Positions 1-14,086 of a stretch of 64,000 bases of DNA are shown here, piece by piece. The notes beneath the pieces were generated by a model. That model was not told the origin of the DNA, made no database searches, and saw nothing but the letters and a program-made list of their open reading frames with translations. The position numbers and the translations under genes are program-made. Origin of the DNA: Dictyostelium discoideum (taxonomy: Eukaryota); the NCBI GenBank assembly GCA_000004695.1, contig CM000152.2:1312001-1376000 (forward strand), written 5' to 3'. Every line of letters begins with the position of its first letter. The first letter of the stretch is position 1.

Positions 1-443
1 AAAGATAAAAGTCTAATTGTGTGCACAAAAAGAGATATTTTTTTTTTTTACAAAAAATAAAATAAAATAAAATAAAATATTTTTAAATATAAAATATTTT
101 TTATTTTGGTATCCTAAAAAAAAAAAAAAAAAAACAGTTCAAATCGTTATATATGATTATATATTTCAACCACCCCCATCACAAATTTTTGGGAGTGAAT
201 ACATAACGTGTATTGGGATTATTATTTTATTTTCCTCATTGTTTTTTTTATTTTTTTTATTTTTTTTTTTTTTTCTTTTTTAAAATTGAAAAACCCACCT
301 ACCCTTAAATTTTTATAAATATTTATTTATAAAATTTTTTCCAAATTTATTTTTTATTTTTATACCATATAATTTAACAATTATTTTTAATTATTTAATA
401 AACTGACACAGTTTTGTGATAAATTGTGAATTTTAAAACAAAA

Positions 444-485
<42 letters not shown>

Positions 486-664
486 TTAAAAAAATAAAAA
501 ATAAAAAATAAAAAATAAAAAAAAAAATAAAAAATTAATATGGGAAACTTTTCATTTTAAAATCAAAGAAATTTTTTTTTTGGAAAACATTAGATATTTC
601 GATAGTCAAATTTGCCTCACTTTTTAAGATTAGTGTTATGGGTATTTGAAATTTTATTCATTCA

Positions 665-715
<51 letters not shown>

Positions 716-1369
716 GTTTAATTATTTATTTAATTATTTATTTATTTTATTTTATTTTTATTTTATTTTATTTTATTTTTTTTTTTCCCCAAGTTCTTTT
801 TTTAATTATTATTATTATTATTATTATTATTTCATTTTTAAATTAAATATTTTAATAATTTTTTAATATTCATCGAAACTAATAAATTTTTTATACTTAA
901 AATTAAAACAATTGTTTTAGTGGTACCAAAAAAAAAAATCTTTTTTTTTTTTTTTTCAATTGAATTTTTTCATTTTTTCATTTTTATATTTTTTTTTTTA
1001 ATTTTTTTTTTTTTTTCATATATAAAAAGACGAATATAAAAAAAAAAAAAAAAAAAAAAAATAAATAAATAAAATAAAGTAAAATAAAAAATAAGTAGCA
1101 TTAAATCAGACCAAACCATATAACACACACCATGTTATACGGTGTTACAAAAGTTTTTTTATATGTAGAGTCTTTAAGAATTATTGATTTATTAAGAAAA
1201 GGGTAATTGTTAATTTTCTTTTTTTTTTTTTTTTTTTTTTCATTTTTTGTTTAAACAAAAAACAAAAACAAAAACAAAAAAAAAAAAAAAAAAAAACAAT
1301 TCTAATATTAAAATTTAAATTACCAATACAATAGTGTATACAATTTAAAAGTTAAAGTATTTCAAGAGA

Positions 1370-1411
1370 ATGAAACAACCAATATTGCAAAACCAACAAT
1401 CATTCAACAAC
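1370..1411 (+). CDS. FAM135-like putative serine esterase (DUF676), exon 1 (MKQPILQNQQSFNN) ending at a GTAAGT donor
   Basis: ATG followed by GTAAGT at 1412. A 398-nt AT-rich intron carrying an (AAT)n array and a (CT)n tract ends in tttcattAG at 1809. Downstream, the open frame continues in phase with ORF 2071..4635 (2071-1810=261, no stops). Confidence 0.6.
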
Positions 1412-1425
1412 GTAAGTCTAATAAC

Positions 1426-1426
<1 letters not shown>

Positions 1427-1495
<69 letters not shown>
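1427..1495. repeat. (AAT)n microsatellite inside intron 1 of the FAM135-like gene
   Basis: A perfect trinucleotide array seen directly in the sequence. Confidence 0.9.
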
Positions 1496-1496
<1 letters not shown>

Positions 1497-1809
1497 TTTA
1501 GCTACCTATATATTAATATATTTTATTTTAATAATAATAATGATAACAATAATAATAATTTTAGCTAAAACCAATAAAGACTATAGTCACGTTATAAAAG
1601 AACATGAGGTTCTAAATAATAATTGTTATTCATCTAAAAAGTTTTTCGTTCAATATATAAACGAATTCTTTTTATTTGGAAATTTTATATCATTTGAAAT
1701 CGAATTACCTTTATATGTATGTAAAGAAATTTAAATATAAATATATATACATATATAAAGAAAGAAAGAACTAATATATAAATCTCTCTCTCTCTCTCTC
1801 TTTCATTAG

Positions 1810-2404
1810 AATTATTATTCAAATAACTTAATTGTTGATTTCGAATTAATTTATTATCCAGTAGAGGATGATTCAAGTGAGTCAATACCAAACTATAGCA
1901 ATAATACATCATTTTATTCGCAATTAACTGAGACGCAACAATCAACACCAACACCACTACCAACTGAAAAGGTAGTATCACAACAAAGAATTAGAATTAA
2001 TAAAGCAGGTTATGGTATACATCAATATATTCCAATCACTTTTAGCGATTTATACTTTTGTTTATTTAAAATGACAATTTCAACCTCATTAGTTGATGTT
2101 AAATTTAGACATCAATCAATTGAATCTTTAGTAAATTATAATACTGATAATAATAATAAATTTGATTCAAATGATAATGATAATGATACTGAAAATGAAA
2201 ATGAAAATGAAAATGAAAATAATAATAATATTAGTAATTCCCCTTCATCTCCCTATTTAAATGGTGCTGATATTGTAATATCAAAAGATACAACTAATAA
2301 CAATAATAATAATATTAAAAATGCAAATATCAATTTCTCATCATCTTTTTCAGTATTACCATCTATAAATACAAATACAACTACAACAACTACCACATTA
2401 ACTA

Positions 2405-2481
<77 letters not shown>

Positions 2482-4635
2482 TTACCAAGTTATTATAATA
2501 ATTCACCAAAATTATTAAGACAAAAAATTGGTAGATTAAGTTTATCAATGGGTCAAATACATTCATCACCATTGGAAGAGGATTTTTTAAATGATTTCTT
2601 TGATTATAAATATCCAGAAGTATTATCATTCTTTGTTGAATCATATTATAGATTAAGTAATAAATATAAATTATTATTAAACCTCTTAAAACAATCACAA
2701 TTTAATGCATTAGGTGAATCATTTACAACTGTACCACCTTTAAATATACCACCATTTTCTAAAACTCCATTATTTAATCAACAAAATTATAATAATATTA
2801 AAAATAATAATAATAATAATGGTACAACACCACCAAAAAAACAAAGACCCCAAACTGTTTCCATAAATAATATTAATAATAATGATAGTGACAATAATAA
2901 TAATAATGGTGGTAATACATGGAAAATGGGATCATCATCAGATTTATTACCAGCATTAAGAAAAAAAGCATTTTTAAGAAATAGTATTGAATTTGGTAAC
3001 TCTACTGAATTTATAGATAATTTACAATCATCAATGAGTTCATCACCTTCATCACCTCGATCACCCTCTTCACCCTCTTCACCTTCATCACCTTCATCAT
3101 CAACAACCTCATCACCATCAACTTCTTATTCAAATTTAAATACAATAACAAATAATAATAATAATAGTAATAATAATAATTTAAATAATTCACAAAATAG
3201 TATAATATTAAAATGGAAGAATATTTTAAATAATTTTCAAAATTTATCAGAACAGTTGAGTAAATTATGGAATAATTATGTTGTGGTATTTCAAATGGTA
3301 TCAAGAGAATATTGTTTTAGAGCAACAATAAATTATGAAAAGAAATGTATTGATAGATGGGGTTATAGAGTTCAAAGAATTGTACAATATATTCAATCAA
3401 CTGATGATATTTTAACACCAGATTCAAGTGTACCTTCATCAACATTTCTATCAGCTAATCCAACATTTTTCAATTATAAACAATTTAAAATTCAACATAT
3501 TCCATTTAAACATGATTCAGTTTATCATTCAATGCCAATATTTTTTGAACATATTTTAAAAATTCATAAAGATACTTATCCAAATATAACTGAATCATCA
3601 TTAACAAATAATAATAATACTACAAATTCTACAACAACAACAACAACATCAAAAGTAAAAGATGAATTAAATTCAATAACTGAAAATATTAAATTTAATT
3701 TATCAAATTCAAATCAATATTCAAGTAAACATTTATTTGTATTTGTACATGGTTTATCTGGTAGTTCATTTGATTTGAGACAATTTAAGAACTATTTTCA
3801 ATTACATTTTCCAAATTTTTTATTTTTAATGTGTTCATCAATTGAGGAGAATACATTGGAAGATATTGAACAAATGGGTGAAAAGATAGCTCAAGAGTTG
3901 CATGAATATTTACGTGATAATAATTTACTGATGTCAATTGGTAAGATTAGTTTTCTGTGTCATTCATTGGGTGGTTTGGTGGTTAGAAGTGCTTTAACCT
4001 GTAAATCATTATCCCAACATTTACATAAACTACATAGTTATATCTCATTATCAACTCCACATCTTGGTACTAAATTCTTGAGTGGTCCTTCAATTGTGAC
4101 ACCTGCACTTTGGGTTTGGCAAAAGTTTACAAGTTCAACATGTTTAAAACAATTGTTAATGCAAGATGCTCCAAATTTACAAGATTGTTATCTCTATAAG
4201 CTAAGTACTTGTGAATCACTATCTCTATTTCAATATGTATTTTTAATTAGTTCTGAACAAGATGGTTATGTACCTTATCATAGTGCAAGAATTGAAGTTC
4301 CAAAAGATTCAAAAGAAAATAGTAAACATATTCAAGTATTAAGAAAAATGGTTCAAAATTTATTAGATCCAATTAGATTAAGTAGTGGTTCTATTCAGTC
4401 AAATCAACAATCTGATAATAACAATAATATATTTAATGGTTGTGGTAGTTCAAGTTTAACAAATAGAGATCAACAAATTAAATCCCTACCTCGTTTCACT
4501 AAAATTAATGTTTTATTTGAAGCTCATAAAGGTGTTGATGGTGTAATTGGTAGATCTGCTCATATTAGAATGTTAGATCAAACTTGGTTTATGCAAATGA
4601 TTATACAATTATATAAACAATCATTTGAAAATTAA
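1810..4635 (+). CDS. FAM135-like putative serine esterase (DUF676 lipase-like domain), main exon
   Basis: The C-terminal half carries HLFVFVHGLSGSSFDLRQF ... ISFLCHSLGGLVVRSAL, i.e. a GxSxG nucleophile elbow in DUF676/ROG1/FAM135 context. The N-terminal half is low-complexity N/S/T-rich, typical of dictyostelid orthologs. Confidence 0.7.
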
Positions 4636-4820
4636 TTAAAAAAAAATAATAATAATAAATAAAAAAAAATAAAAAAAAAAAATAAAGTTTTAAATCTTTT
4701 TTTTTTTTTGTACAATTTTAATAAATTATAAAATGTAATTCTACATTTACATTTTTATTAATGATTTTTTTTTTTTTTTTTTTTTTTTTTAGATATAATA
4801 TTATTATAATAATAATAAAT

Positions 4821-5345
4821 TTATTTAGCACCTTGGATTAAATCACCAATGATTGAACCGACGGCAACACCTGAACCATTGTAGTTTGATGATTTCCAAT
4901 CAGCGATGGCAGTTTTGAAGTCAGCAGAGAGATCGTTTTTGTGTTCCCAGATTTCGACGGCTTCCTTTAAGATAACATCAACGATACCATCAACACCTGA
5001 TGATAATTTTGAGGCGATTTCTTCGATTTCTTCAACGAATTGAGTGATACCACAAGCATCATAATCGACTGGAACTTGTTGGATGGCTAAACCGAGATCA
5101 GTGATACCAGTTTTAACTTGATTGATTGATTTTGATTTGAAACCACTGTCAATTAATTGGAATGCAGTTTGGAATTCATCAAATGTTGAGGTGACACCAC
5201 TTAAACATGCTTGTGAGTTACTGTTGAGTGTGATTTCAACACCTTGGGCGAAACCAATTAAAAATTCACCAACATTGGTGGCAGTGTTTGCTAATGAGCA
5301 GTTGAATAAAGCGAAAATTGCAAATAATGTGATTAAAAGTCTCAT
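4821..5345 (-). CDS. Small secreted protein (174 aa) with N-terminal signal peptide MRLLITLFAIFALFNCSLA; function unknown
   Basis: Complete ATG..stop ORF. It has a hydrophobic N-terminus, moderate complexity, only 2-3 Cys in the mature part, and normal codon usage. Confidence 0.55.
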   Translation of the reverse strand: MRLLITLFAIFALFNCSLANTATNVGEFLIGFAQGVEITLNSNSQACLSGVTSTFDEFQTAFQLIDSGFKSKSINQVKTGITDLGLAIQQVPVDYDACGITQFVEEIEEIASKLSSGVDGIVDVILKEAVEIWEHKNDLSADFKTAIADWKSSNYNGSGVAVGSIIGDLIQGAK

Positions 5346-6189
5346 TTTGTGTCTTTAAAAAAAAAAAAAAAAAATCTATAAAAAAAAGTATAAAAATATT
5401 ATATATATATAAGTATTTTGATTTATAATGAAGTTGTTATTGTTTGAAAAAAAAAATTTGATGTGATGGAATAAAAAAAATAAAAAAAAATAATAATAAA
5501 ATAATAAAATTATAAAATTTGACAAAAACACACACACTGTTTTTTTATTGTTGTGTAATGTTTTTATTATTTTATTTTTTTTTTTTTTTTTAATTTTTTA
5601 ATTTTTTACTCCCATACACACACATGCACACACCACCATCAATCATCTTTATTTTTTATTTTTTTAATTTTTTATTTCTATTTTTATTTTTTTTATTTTT
5701 TTTTTAACAACTTCATAAGATAAGATGATGTTATTTGTTTACCATACCTTTTTATGAAAAAATAATTAAATAAAAAAAAAAAAAATAAAAAAAAAAAAAA
5801 AATTTAAACACTGTGGCCCAGTAAAATTTTTTTTTTTTTTAAAATTTTTTATAAAAAAAATAAAAAAAAAAAAATCAATCACGCGATCACAAGAAATTTA
5901 CTTTTACTTTTTCAATTTTTTTTCTTTTCTTTTGGATAAGTTCCCAAACGGTTCGGGATTTTTGCAAATCAAAAAAAAAAAAAAAATATGCCTTATTTTA
6001 CCGTTGTGTTTTACAAAAATGTTGAACATCTTAAAAAAAAAAAAAAAATAAAAATAAAAAAAAGAAAAAAAACCAACAATAAAAATCAAAAAAATCAAAA
6101 TAAAAATTGAACAACAAATAAAATGATTATTTTTATATTTTTTTATTTTGTTACAATAATTTTTTTTATTTTTTTTTTTATTTTATTAA

Positions 6190-6426
6190 TTAACAACTGC
6201 AGTTTCCACTTCCTGAAGCACCCATCAAAAAGGCTTTAGTATGAGCAACACCTACTGCAATTAATTCTGGAAGTGTGTATGAACGACCACTTGGACCGGT
6301 ATAAACAATACCACCACTACTACTACCACCACAACCACCACACGAAATATTATTTAATGATTGACCACCATTGGAATTTGCCATTAAAGAAATTTTTGAT
6401 TTTGATGATGATGAAACATTGCTCAT
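6190..6426 (-). CDS. HssA/B-like small Gly/Ser/Cys-rich protein (78 aa)
   Basis: MSNVSSSSKS...CGGCGGSSSGG...GASGSGNCSC matches the architecture of the Dictyostelium hssA/2C/7E family: ~80-100 aa, Ser-rich N-terminus, GGCGG core and a C-terminal NCxC. Confidence 0.5.
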   Translation of the reverse strand: MSNVSSSSKSKISLMANSNGGQSLNNISCGGCGGSSSGGIVYTGPSGRSYTLPELIAVGVAHTKAFLMGASGSGNCSC

Positions 6427-8696
6427 TGATGAAATTGTAGCTTTTTTTTTTTTTTTTTTTTCTGAACATCAGTATTTAGTTTTTTAATATGTATCATTAA
6501 TCTATATTTTTAAAAATACATACAAAAAATTGTCATTTTTTTTTTTTTTTAGTTTTATTTTAGTTTTTAGTTTAATTAAAATTTATAACTTATTGATTTT
6601 TTTTTTTTTTTAAACAATATTTTGAGGCTATTTATACAAAAAGAATAAAAATAAAAATAAAAATAAAAAAAAAAAAAAGAACAAATGAGGTTTCTATATG
6701 TTTTAAATGCCAAAAGTCACAATATCACGTGATACCACTTGTTTAATCTAATAAAATATATTTTATAAAAAGTTAAATGGCATCATTTATTTTTGTATTT
6801 TTAAATTTTCTTCTTTAACCCACTTTTTGATTGTTTTTTTTTTTTTATCTTTTTTTTTATGATATTAATTTGATTGTGAGCAATATTTTATTTTTATTAT
6901 CTCTATTTAAATAGTTCTAAAATTTATTTTTTAAAAACTATTTTTATTTTTTTTTATTTTTTTTATTTTTTATTTTTTATTTTTTCAAAACCAAGATTTT
7001 TTTAAAAAATTTTATATTTTTATTTTTTATATTTTATTTTATTTTATTTAATATTTTTTTTTTTTAACGTAAAATCTAGATTTTAACCTTCCAATATCCT
7101 TTAATAGTATTGTTGACAGATTTTAAATCTTTGGATCAATCTAAAAATTTATAAAATAATATTATTAGAAAATTGCAATATTTATAAAATAGTGTTGGAA
7201 TCAAAGTATTATTATAGTTTACCTTTGCATTAAGTCCAAATTACCATGTAAAATTATAGTTATTGTCGACAATCAGTTTGTTTAATTTAAAAATATTATT
7301 ATTAAGTGAAAGCTGTTCTACCAATTAGCAAAGCCTGAGAATTGAAAGATTTATTATAAAAAAAAATTAAATCCTTTGATTCTCAGACATTGAATTAGTA
7401 CCGAGCAATACTAAATAAACTACCACTTAATAAAACTATCTTTTTTTCTAAAAATAAAAAACTATTGTATTGACATTTAACTACACCTGTTGGTAGTTTT
7501 ATTTCTTTTTGGACAATTTAAAGACAAAAAGAAATTTTACATTATGACTAATAATTAGAAAGAGAATGGTAGGTTATTTATTTGTATTATATATTTGAAA
7601 ATAATCAAATTAAAAAATAAAAATAAGAAAATAAATATTAAAATTACCTTTAAATATTTTCTGTCCAGAACTATAATTTTTTTTTTTTTTTTTAAATTTA
7701 ATAATTGTAACTTTGTTTTTTCTAAAATGTAAAATTTCTTTGTTTTTTTTTGAAATTATATCTTTATTAATTTTATTTTTTTTTTTTAAAAATAATTAAT
7801 AATTTTTTGTCTTTTTATACTAAAAAATTTTGATTGAAATTTTTTTTTTTATTTTTAATACTTTTTTGGATCCACCAAATTTAGTAAACCCAAAAAGAGT
7901 TACATTTTTTGATCTTGATTTCCAAAAAAAAAAAATTATACTTTTTACTTTTTTTATTTCCCAATAAAATTACTTTTTTTTTTTTTTTTATCAAAATAGA
8001 AATTGATTTAGATTGATTAATTTATTTTTTTTATATTTTTTTTAATTTTTATTTAATTTTCTATTGAATTTTATTTTTAAAAATAATAAAAAATAAAAAA
8101 TAAAAAATAAAAAATAAAAAATAAATACTTTCAAAACCAATGAGTTATAGCTTTAAAAAAAAAAAAAAAAACCCTTTTTAGATTTTTTATTTAAATTTAA
8201 AATTATTGAGATAAATATGATTCATCGAATATGTCATATTTTACACAAATATTTAAAGCATCTGCTATTTCATAAATAGGTTTCACAAGTTGTTGTCTAA
8301 TTAGTATAATAATAATAAGTTGAATTACAAGATTCATATATTAATAAAAATAGATTTTTTTTATATAAAATATATTCCCTATTTTCAAAATAAAAAAATA
8401 ACTATAAAAAATGAATGATAAATAATTAAATTCTAAAAATAATTTTTGATTAAAAAAAAAAAATAAAAGAATAGTGATATTCATTTTATTTCATTTTTTA
8501 AATGATTTTGTTTATTTTTGAGTGTTCTATTTTTCTATAATAAATTTATATTAAAAATAAAATAAATAAAATTAATTCATTGTTGAAAAAAAAAAAAAAA
8601 AAAAAAAAAGGAAAATTAATTTTAATTTTTATTTTTTTTATTTTTTTATTTTTAATTTTTTTTTAGGTAAAAAAAAAAAAAAAGAAAGATTATAAA

Positions 8697-8961
8697 ATGA
8701 ATTATAATATAGTACCAATACCTAGTATAATATATGAACAATCTAATAGATTTGCAAATATATCTCACCCATTCTTTCATAGAGATAAAATGAAGCTCCA
8801 TCAACAAATTCAACAACAACAACAACAACAACAAATGCAACAGCAACAACAATTTTACAATAATAATTCAAATACATATTATAATTATAACCAAGAATAT
8901 TACCAACCACGAAACTATCAAAATTATCAATATCAACAACAACAATATCAATACCACCATT

Positions 8962-8992
<31 letters not shown>

Positions 8993-9245
8993 TAATAAAC
9001 AAGAATATGAAAATGAAGATGAAAATGAAATTAATAATGATAATATAAATTTTAGTGAATATTATGATCAAGATAATCCAAATAATAATGTACAATATGT
9101 TTTATCAGATGAAGCAATTGAAATGTTTGCAAAGACTGAATTAAAAAGAAGAGAATTAAAAAATAAAAAGAGTAAAACTGGTGAAAATAAATTAATATTA
9201 GATAATATTTTTAATCCTGGTGAACAAACTCCAAAATTTAAATAG
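8697..9245 (+). CDS. Q/N/Y-rich low-complexity protein (182 aa), prion-like composition, hypothetical
   Basis: ATG ORF with a polyQ run and a YQ/NY-rich middle. The C-terminal 60 aa are non-repetitive (LSDEAIEMFAKTELKRRELKNKK...). Confidence 0.45.
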
Positions 9246-9298
9246 AAATAAATCATTATAATTGTTATTTATATTATTTGTATTTGTATTTGTTTTTA

Positions 9299-10102
9299 TT
9301 AATAATTTGAATTTGATTCAACTTGTTTGAAATATTTATAGGTTTTAACTTTTAATTCAGCGGTAGCATCTTCATCACAAACGATGATTGATTTTTTATG
9401 CATTTGGATTGCAGAAGCAGTCCACATATGGTTGACACCTTCTTCAATGGTTCTATAGAGAGCAATGGCTTTTGAATGACCAGTTACAATTAAGATAATT
9501 TCACGAGCATCCATAATTGTGCCAACACCAACTGTGAGTGCTTGGGTTGGGACTTGGTTAATGTTGTTAAAGAATCTTGAATTTGCAATGATGGTATCAC
9601 GTGTGAGTGTTTTAATACGAGTTCTACTTGACAACGATGAGCCTGGCTCGTTGAATGCTATATGACCATCGACACCCATACCACCCAAAAATAAATCTAT
9701 ACCACCATACGATTGTATCTTTTCTTCATAAAGTTTGCACTCATTTTCGTGGTTATCAGTAGTGCCGTTTAAAATGTTGATATTCTCTTTCTTGATATCT
9801 ATATGGTTAAAGAAATTCTCCCACATGAAATAATGGTAACTGAATTTATGATTAGATTCTAATCCGACATATTCATCCATATTGAATGTAACAACCTCTT
9901 GAAATGATATCTCTTTATTTTTATTCATTTCAATTAATCTCTTGTAAATTGGTAATGGTGATGATCCAGTTGGTAAACCAATTACAAATGGTCTATTATC
10001 TCCACTTTTTCTATTTAAAAAGTAATCATTAATTCTTTTTTTTATTACTTGTGAAATATATTCACCTGCTTCACAACTATCATTTTTAATTATTAATCTC
10101 AT
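9299..10102 (-). CDS. Glucosamine-6-phosphate deaminase (NagB/GNPDA family), ~267 aa
   Basis: MRLIIKND...[18 protein letters not shown]...FNMDEYVGL...[18 protein letters not shown]... is a canonical GNPDA. The true ATG is at 10102; the track ORF 9299..10252 runs on into a poly-T-derived poly-Phe leader. Confidence 0.9.
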   Translation of the reverse strand: MRLIIKNDSCEAGEYISQVIKKRINDYFLNRKSGDNRPFVIGLPTGSSPLPIYKRLIEMNKNKEISFQEVVTFNMDEYVGLESNHKFSYHYFMWENFFNHIDIKKENINILNGTTDNHENECKLYEEKIQSYGGIDLFLGGMGVDGHIAFNEPGSSLSSRTRIKTLTRDTIIANSRFFNNINQVPTQALTVGVGTIMDAREIILIVTGHSKAIALYRTIEEGVNHMWTASAIQMHKKSIIVCDEDATAELKVKTYKYFKQVESNSNY

Positions 10103-10271
10103 TTTTTTTGGTTTTAAATTAAAAAAAAAAAAAAAAATAAATAAAAATAAAAAATTTATTTTCAGGATTGGTGTTTTAAAAAAAAAAAATAAAAAAAATA
10201 AAAAAAATAAAAAAAATAAAAAAAAAATAAAAATTATTTTGGAATCCAACACAATCCCATCACAACAATTG

Positions 10272-10316
<45 letters not shown>

Positions 10317-10991
10317 CAAAGATATACCAATTTTTATTAAAAAAATAAAATTATAGGTTTTAAGTATTTAGGTTATTATTATTATTGTTTTTATTTTTAT
10401 TTTTATTTTACAACCTTAAAAAAAGAAATCAAAATTTTTATTAAAAGTATTTGAAAAAAAAAAAAAATTGTTTAGATATTTTATTGTTATTATTATTTTT
10501 ACTATTTTTATTATTTTTATTATTTTTATTTTTATTTTTTTATTTTTTTTAAAATTGATAGGTCTTTGTAAATTTTCAAAATCAAATCTTTTATGGTGCC
10601 CTTTCGGTTAATAGAATTTTACTGATCTAGGTTATTAAAACCAAATATAACCAATTTCACAAAAAGATTTTTAAATTTAATTTTTATATAATTATCTTCG
10701 GGGGTATTTTGATTTGATTTTTTTTTTATATTCAGATATTTTAATTTTTTATAGATATTTTTAATTTCTTTTCTTGGATTTGCCTTTTTCTGAGTATTGT
10801 TTTACCAAATTGGTTCAAAAATCTTCTATTAAATATTTAAAAAAAAAATTAAAAAAAAAAAAAAAAAAAGTGTTTAGATATTTTATTTTAATATTTAATT
10901 TAATTTTATTAATTTTTTTTTTATTTTCCAATAATAAAAAAAAGTGATTATTTTTAAAATTTTGAAAATTTAAATAAAGATTTATAAATAG

Positions 10992-11024
<33 letters not shown>

Positions 11025-11126
11025 ATAATAAATATGTTTAAGATTTGAATAATAATGAAAAGGAAAAAAAACAACTATAGTGAAAAAGGAAAACTATAAT
11101 GTAAATAACTATTGATTCATAACAAT

Positions 11127-13999
11127 TTATGGATCAATTGGGATGGCAAAAGGAGTTGTTATTGATGAATAAATTTCTATGCCAGAGATTGGGATAGCAA
11201 ATTTTGAATTATCTGAAGCCCATTGAATATTTAAAACTTTATCAGTTGATTGATCATTATTCCAAAAGAATGGACCTAATTTTTGATAGTATTGGTATTG
11301 AGGAGTAGTTCTTGTGAATGGTTCTTGATAGGCACCATCGACTTTAATTGTGTATAATGGAAGTGAAGTAAAAATGGAATTACCAGTAAATGAAGGATTA
11401 TAAGTGTATAAATAGAATTTGTATTGTGAATTTCCTGGTAACGTGATATTAATAGTACTTGGAATACTATTAATAACATCATTACTAAGGTATGTAGTTA
11501 ACATACTGATTGAATCAGTGGATGTTACTGGAGTGGTACCATCGGTTATAGATGATGGAGTTGTTGTTGTAATCTTTGAGAATAAACCAGTGGTAGTACA
11601 TTTACCTAAACTATTAACCCAACCACATTTAGTCCAAGAGTTACCAAAGATTGATAATGCACGACGAGTTGCTTCAACATCTGGTGTTAAATCAATACCA
11701 AGATAAAATGAATTACAAACTGAATCTGCAATATAGGTATTTGCATAGTATGAACCAGCTTCACTATAGGATGGAGATAGAAGTGCGTTATAGGATTTAG
11801 CAGAGACCATAACGGTATATTTTCCATTTGATGATGGAAGAGTAACAACATTTGATGTAAAAGTTTCATTTATAGTATATTGAGATGGAGATAGGATTAA
11901 GTGTGGAACTGTAGTTTGATAAACATCATTAACAATATAACTCATACTTTGACCATTACTATCAAGGTAATCAAAGTTTGGAATAAATGAGAAATTAATT
12001 TGATTTGCTGATAAAATTGATGCACCAAAGTTATACAATGGGAAAAAGTATGAAATTGTATTATCCAAATTGGTTTTAGTACCATTTACATTTGAAAGAT
12101 AAAGTTGATTTGTATATTTCTTTAAGAAATCAGAGGTATTTGAAAAATGTGAAAATTTAGAATCAACAATTGAAATATATTTACATTTCAATGATTGTGC
12201 AAAGAATTTATAATTCGATATTGAAATTGCATTCTTTATTGATACTGAATTATAGGTACCAGTGTGTGTATCAGTCTCGAAAATATATACTTTATCATTG
12301 ATGGATAAAGTATTGGCAATGTATGGTGAATCATAAAAGAGTTCAATATTTGGAGTAGTTGAACCAAGAGTTGTTGATGCTCTTTGACCAATGAACCAAC
12401 CACCTAAAAAGTTAATTTTAATTGGTGGTTGAGATGTATAGGAAACACGGAATTCAGCTTCACCAGCGAGGAAATGATTTTTAAAAACAACACTATTCCA
12501 AAGATTATTTGATTTATAATCTTGTGTATTATCTTGAGTAAGACCAGAATAAGTTCCTAAAAGGATATCAGAGGTTAAGCCAGCGATTGATGATCTTGAT
12601 TGAATTGGAATAACTTGGAATGCACCACCTTTAAATTTACCTTCAAATGCATTACCTTCATAGGTTGAATAGGGTGTAGTTGTAATGATACCACCATTAA
12701 TATAATCAATATCTGGATATGATCTTGATGATGGTGTACTCTTATCAGTATAAACAGAGATAAATGCATTGAAACTAATTGTAAATTGTTCAGTACCATA
12801 TAATAAACTAATACCACTAATACCATAACTTAATACGAAAGCATTACCACTTATGGTACCAAATGAACGTTTAATTCCAATATAAGCTCTTGGTGTTAAA
12901 CTTTGCTGATTGGTATAATCATTTAATGGTATAAACATATTATTTTGAATATTAACAGCAAGTTTGTTATGTAAAATTGTAATTGGATATCTATCTGATG
13001 GATTTGTACCAACATGAGTGATTGTATAGGTTGAATCTAATGTATAATCATCCAATGGTGATGATGTTGTATGACCAATATCAGAGAATACTGAATTTTC
13101 AATATTAACTGAAGAATCAAGTGTGAAAACCATTGAACTACTAAAAACACCACTAACAAATAAATTCTTTAAAAATGGACGCATTAAGATATAACCTGCA
13201 CCACCATAATTTGTACCATCTCTTGAATGATAAATACCAGATGCACCAGAAAGACCAGTGTAATAGTTACTAAGTGTATAATTTGGATTGAAATTTACAG
13301 CAGTTTGTAAGAGTGGACTAACCAATTTATATACTGGTTGATTTGAAGTTGGATAAGAGAATGATTTTAAAAATGTACCACCATATGAAGTGAAAGAGTT
13401 ATTTACACCAGTCCACATTGAACTTGTATCGAAACCACGTAATGTTACACTACCACCCAATGAAATAAATGATGATGTTTTTAATGGATCCCAACTTGGA
13501 TAATCGGTTGGATCAAAACCATTGATTACAATTGAATGATTTGAAGTTGATGCTGGAATTGATTCAACAACACCACCTGGGAAAATAATAACTTTTTGAC
13601 AAACCAACTTTGAATTAAATGTTGGATTTAAAATTAATCTACCTTTAACCAATAATGTTGGAATTGAATTTGATGAATTAACTGTAATTGTAATACCAGC
13701 TGGTACAATTAAAACACTATTTATATCTGTAATCATTGTTGAAATTGGATTATCTATTCTATCTATAGCTGGTGTAAGAAATCCTGTTGTTCTATAATTT
13801 GTGGTTGAACTAAGTGTTGAATTACCAGTAAATGAATATTTCTTTACATTTGTATTTGTCTCTAAATCTGGATAAAAATCACCTTTATAATTTGTATTTG
13901 TACTTCCTGGATAATAATCAACTTTAAAATGTGGTTGACCACTTATAGTAACACGAGCAGATGAAAAATCAAAACTATATAAACTTTGACCATTTGATT
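11127..13999 (-). CDS. Secreted G8-like/parallel beta-helix protein, exon 2 (no TM, no kinase)
   Basis: The 959-aa ORF is S/T/N-rich. Its N-terminal region VLIVPAGITITVN...LLVKGRLIL...VIIFPGGVVES...ISLGGSVTLRG fits the G8 glycine pattern and is followed by beta-helix-like repeats. The track start is a TTG; the frame stays open upstream to the acceptor ctctctcttttgatAG. Confidence 0.7.
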
Positions 14000-14086
14000 C
14001 TATCAAAAGAGAGAGATAGAGAGTTAATAAAATCTTGTTTTTTTTTTATTTTTATATTTATTTTTTCAAATCTAAAGAAAATTTAC

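Noticed and set aside
612-1734. Track ORFs 612..866, 646..846 and 1540..1734 (poly-Phe/poly-Ile/poly-Tyr)
   Set aside because: These are translations of poly(T)/poly(A) and AAT arrays in intergenic or intronic DNA. They have no complexity and no ATG context, so they are not genes.
5880-5960. Possible tRNA (GGTTCGGGATT)
   Set aside because: There is no acceptor-stem complementarity and no A/B box spacing. The T-loop consensus GGTTCGAATCC is not matched. I found no convincing tRNA anywhere in the window.
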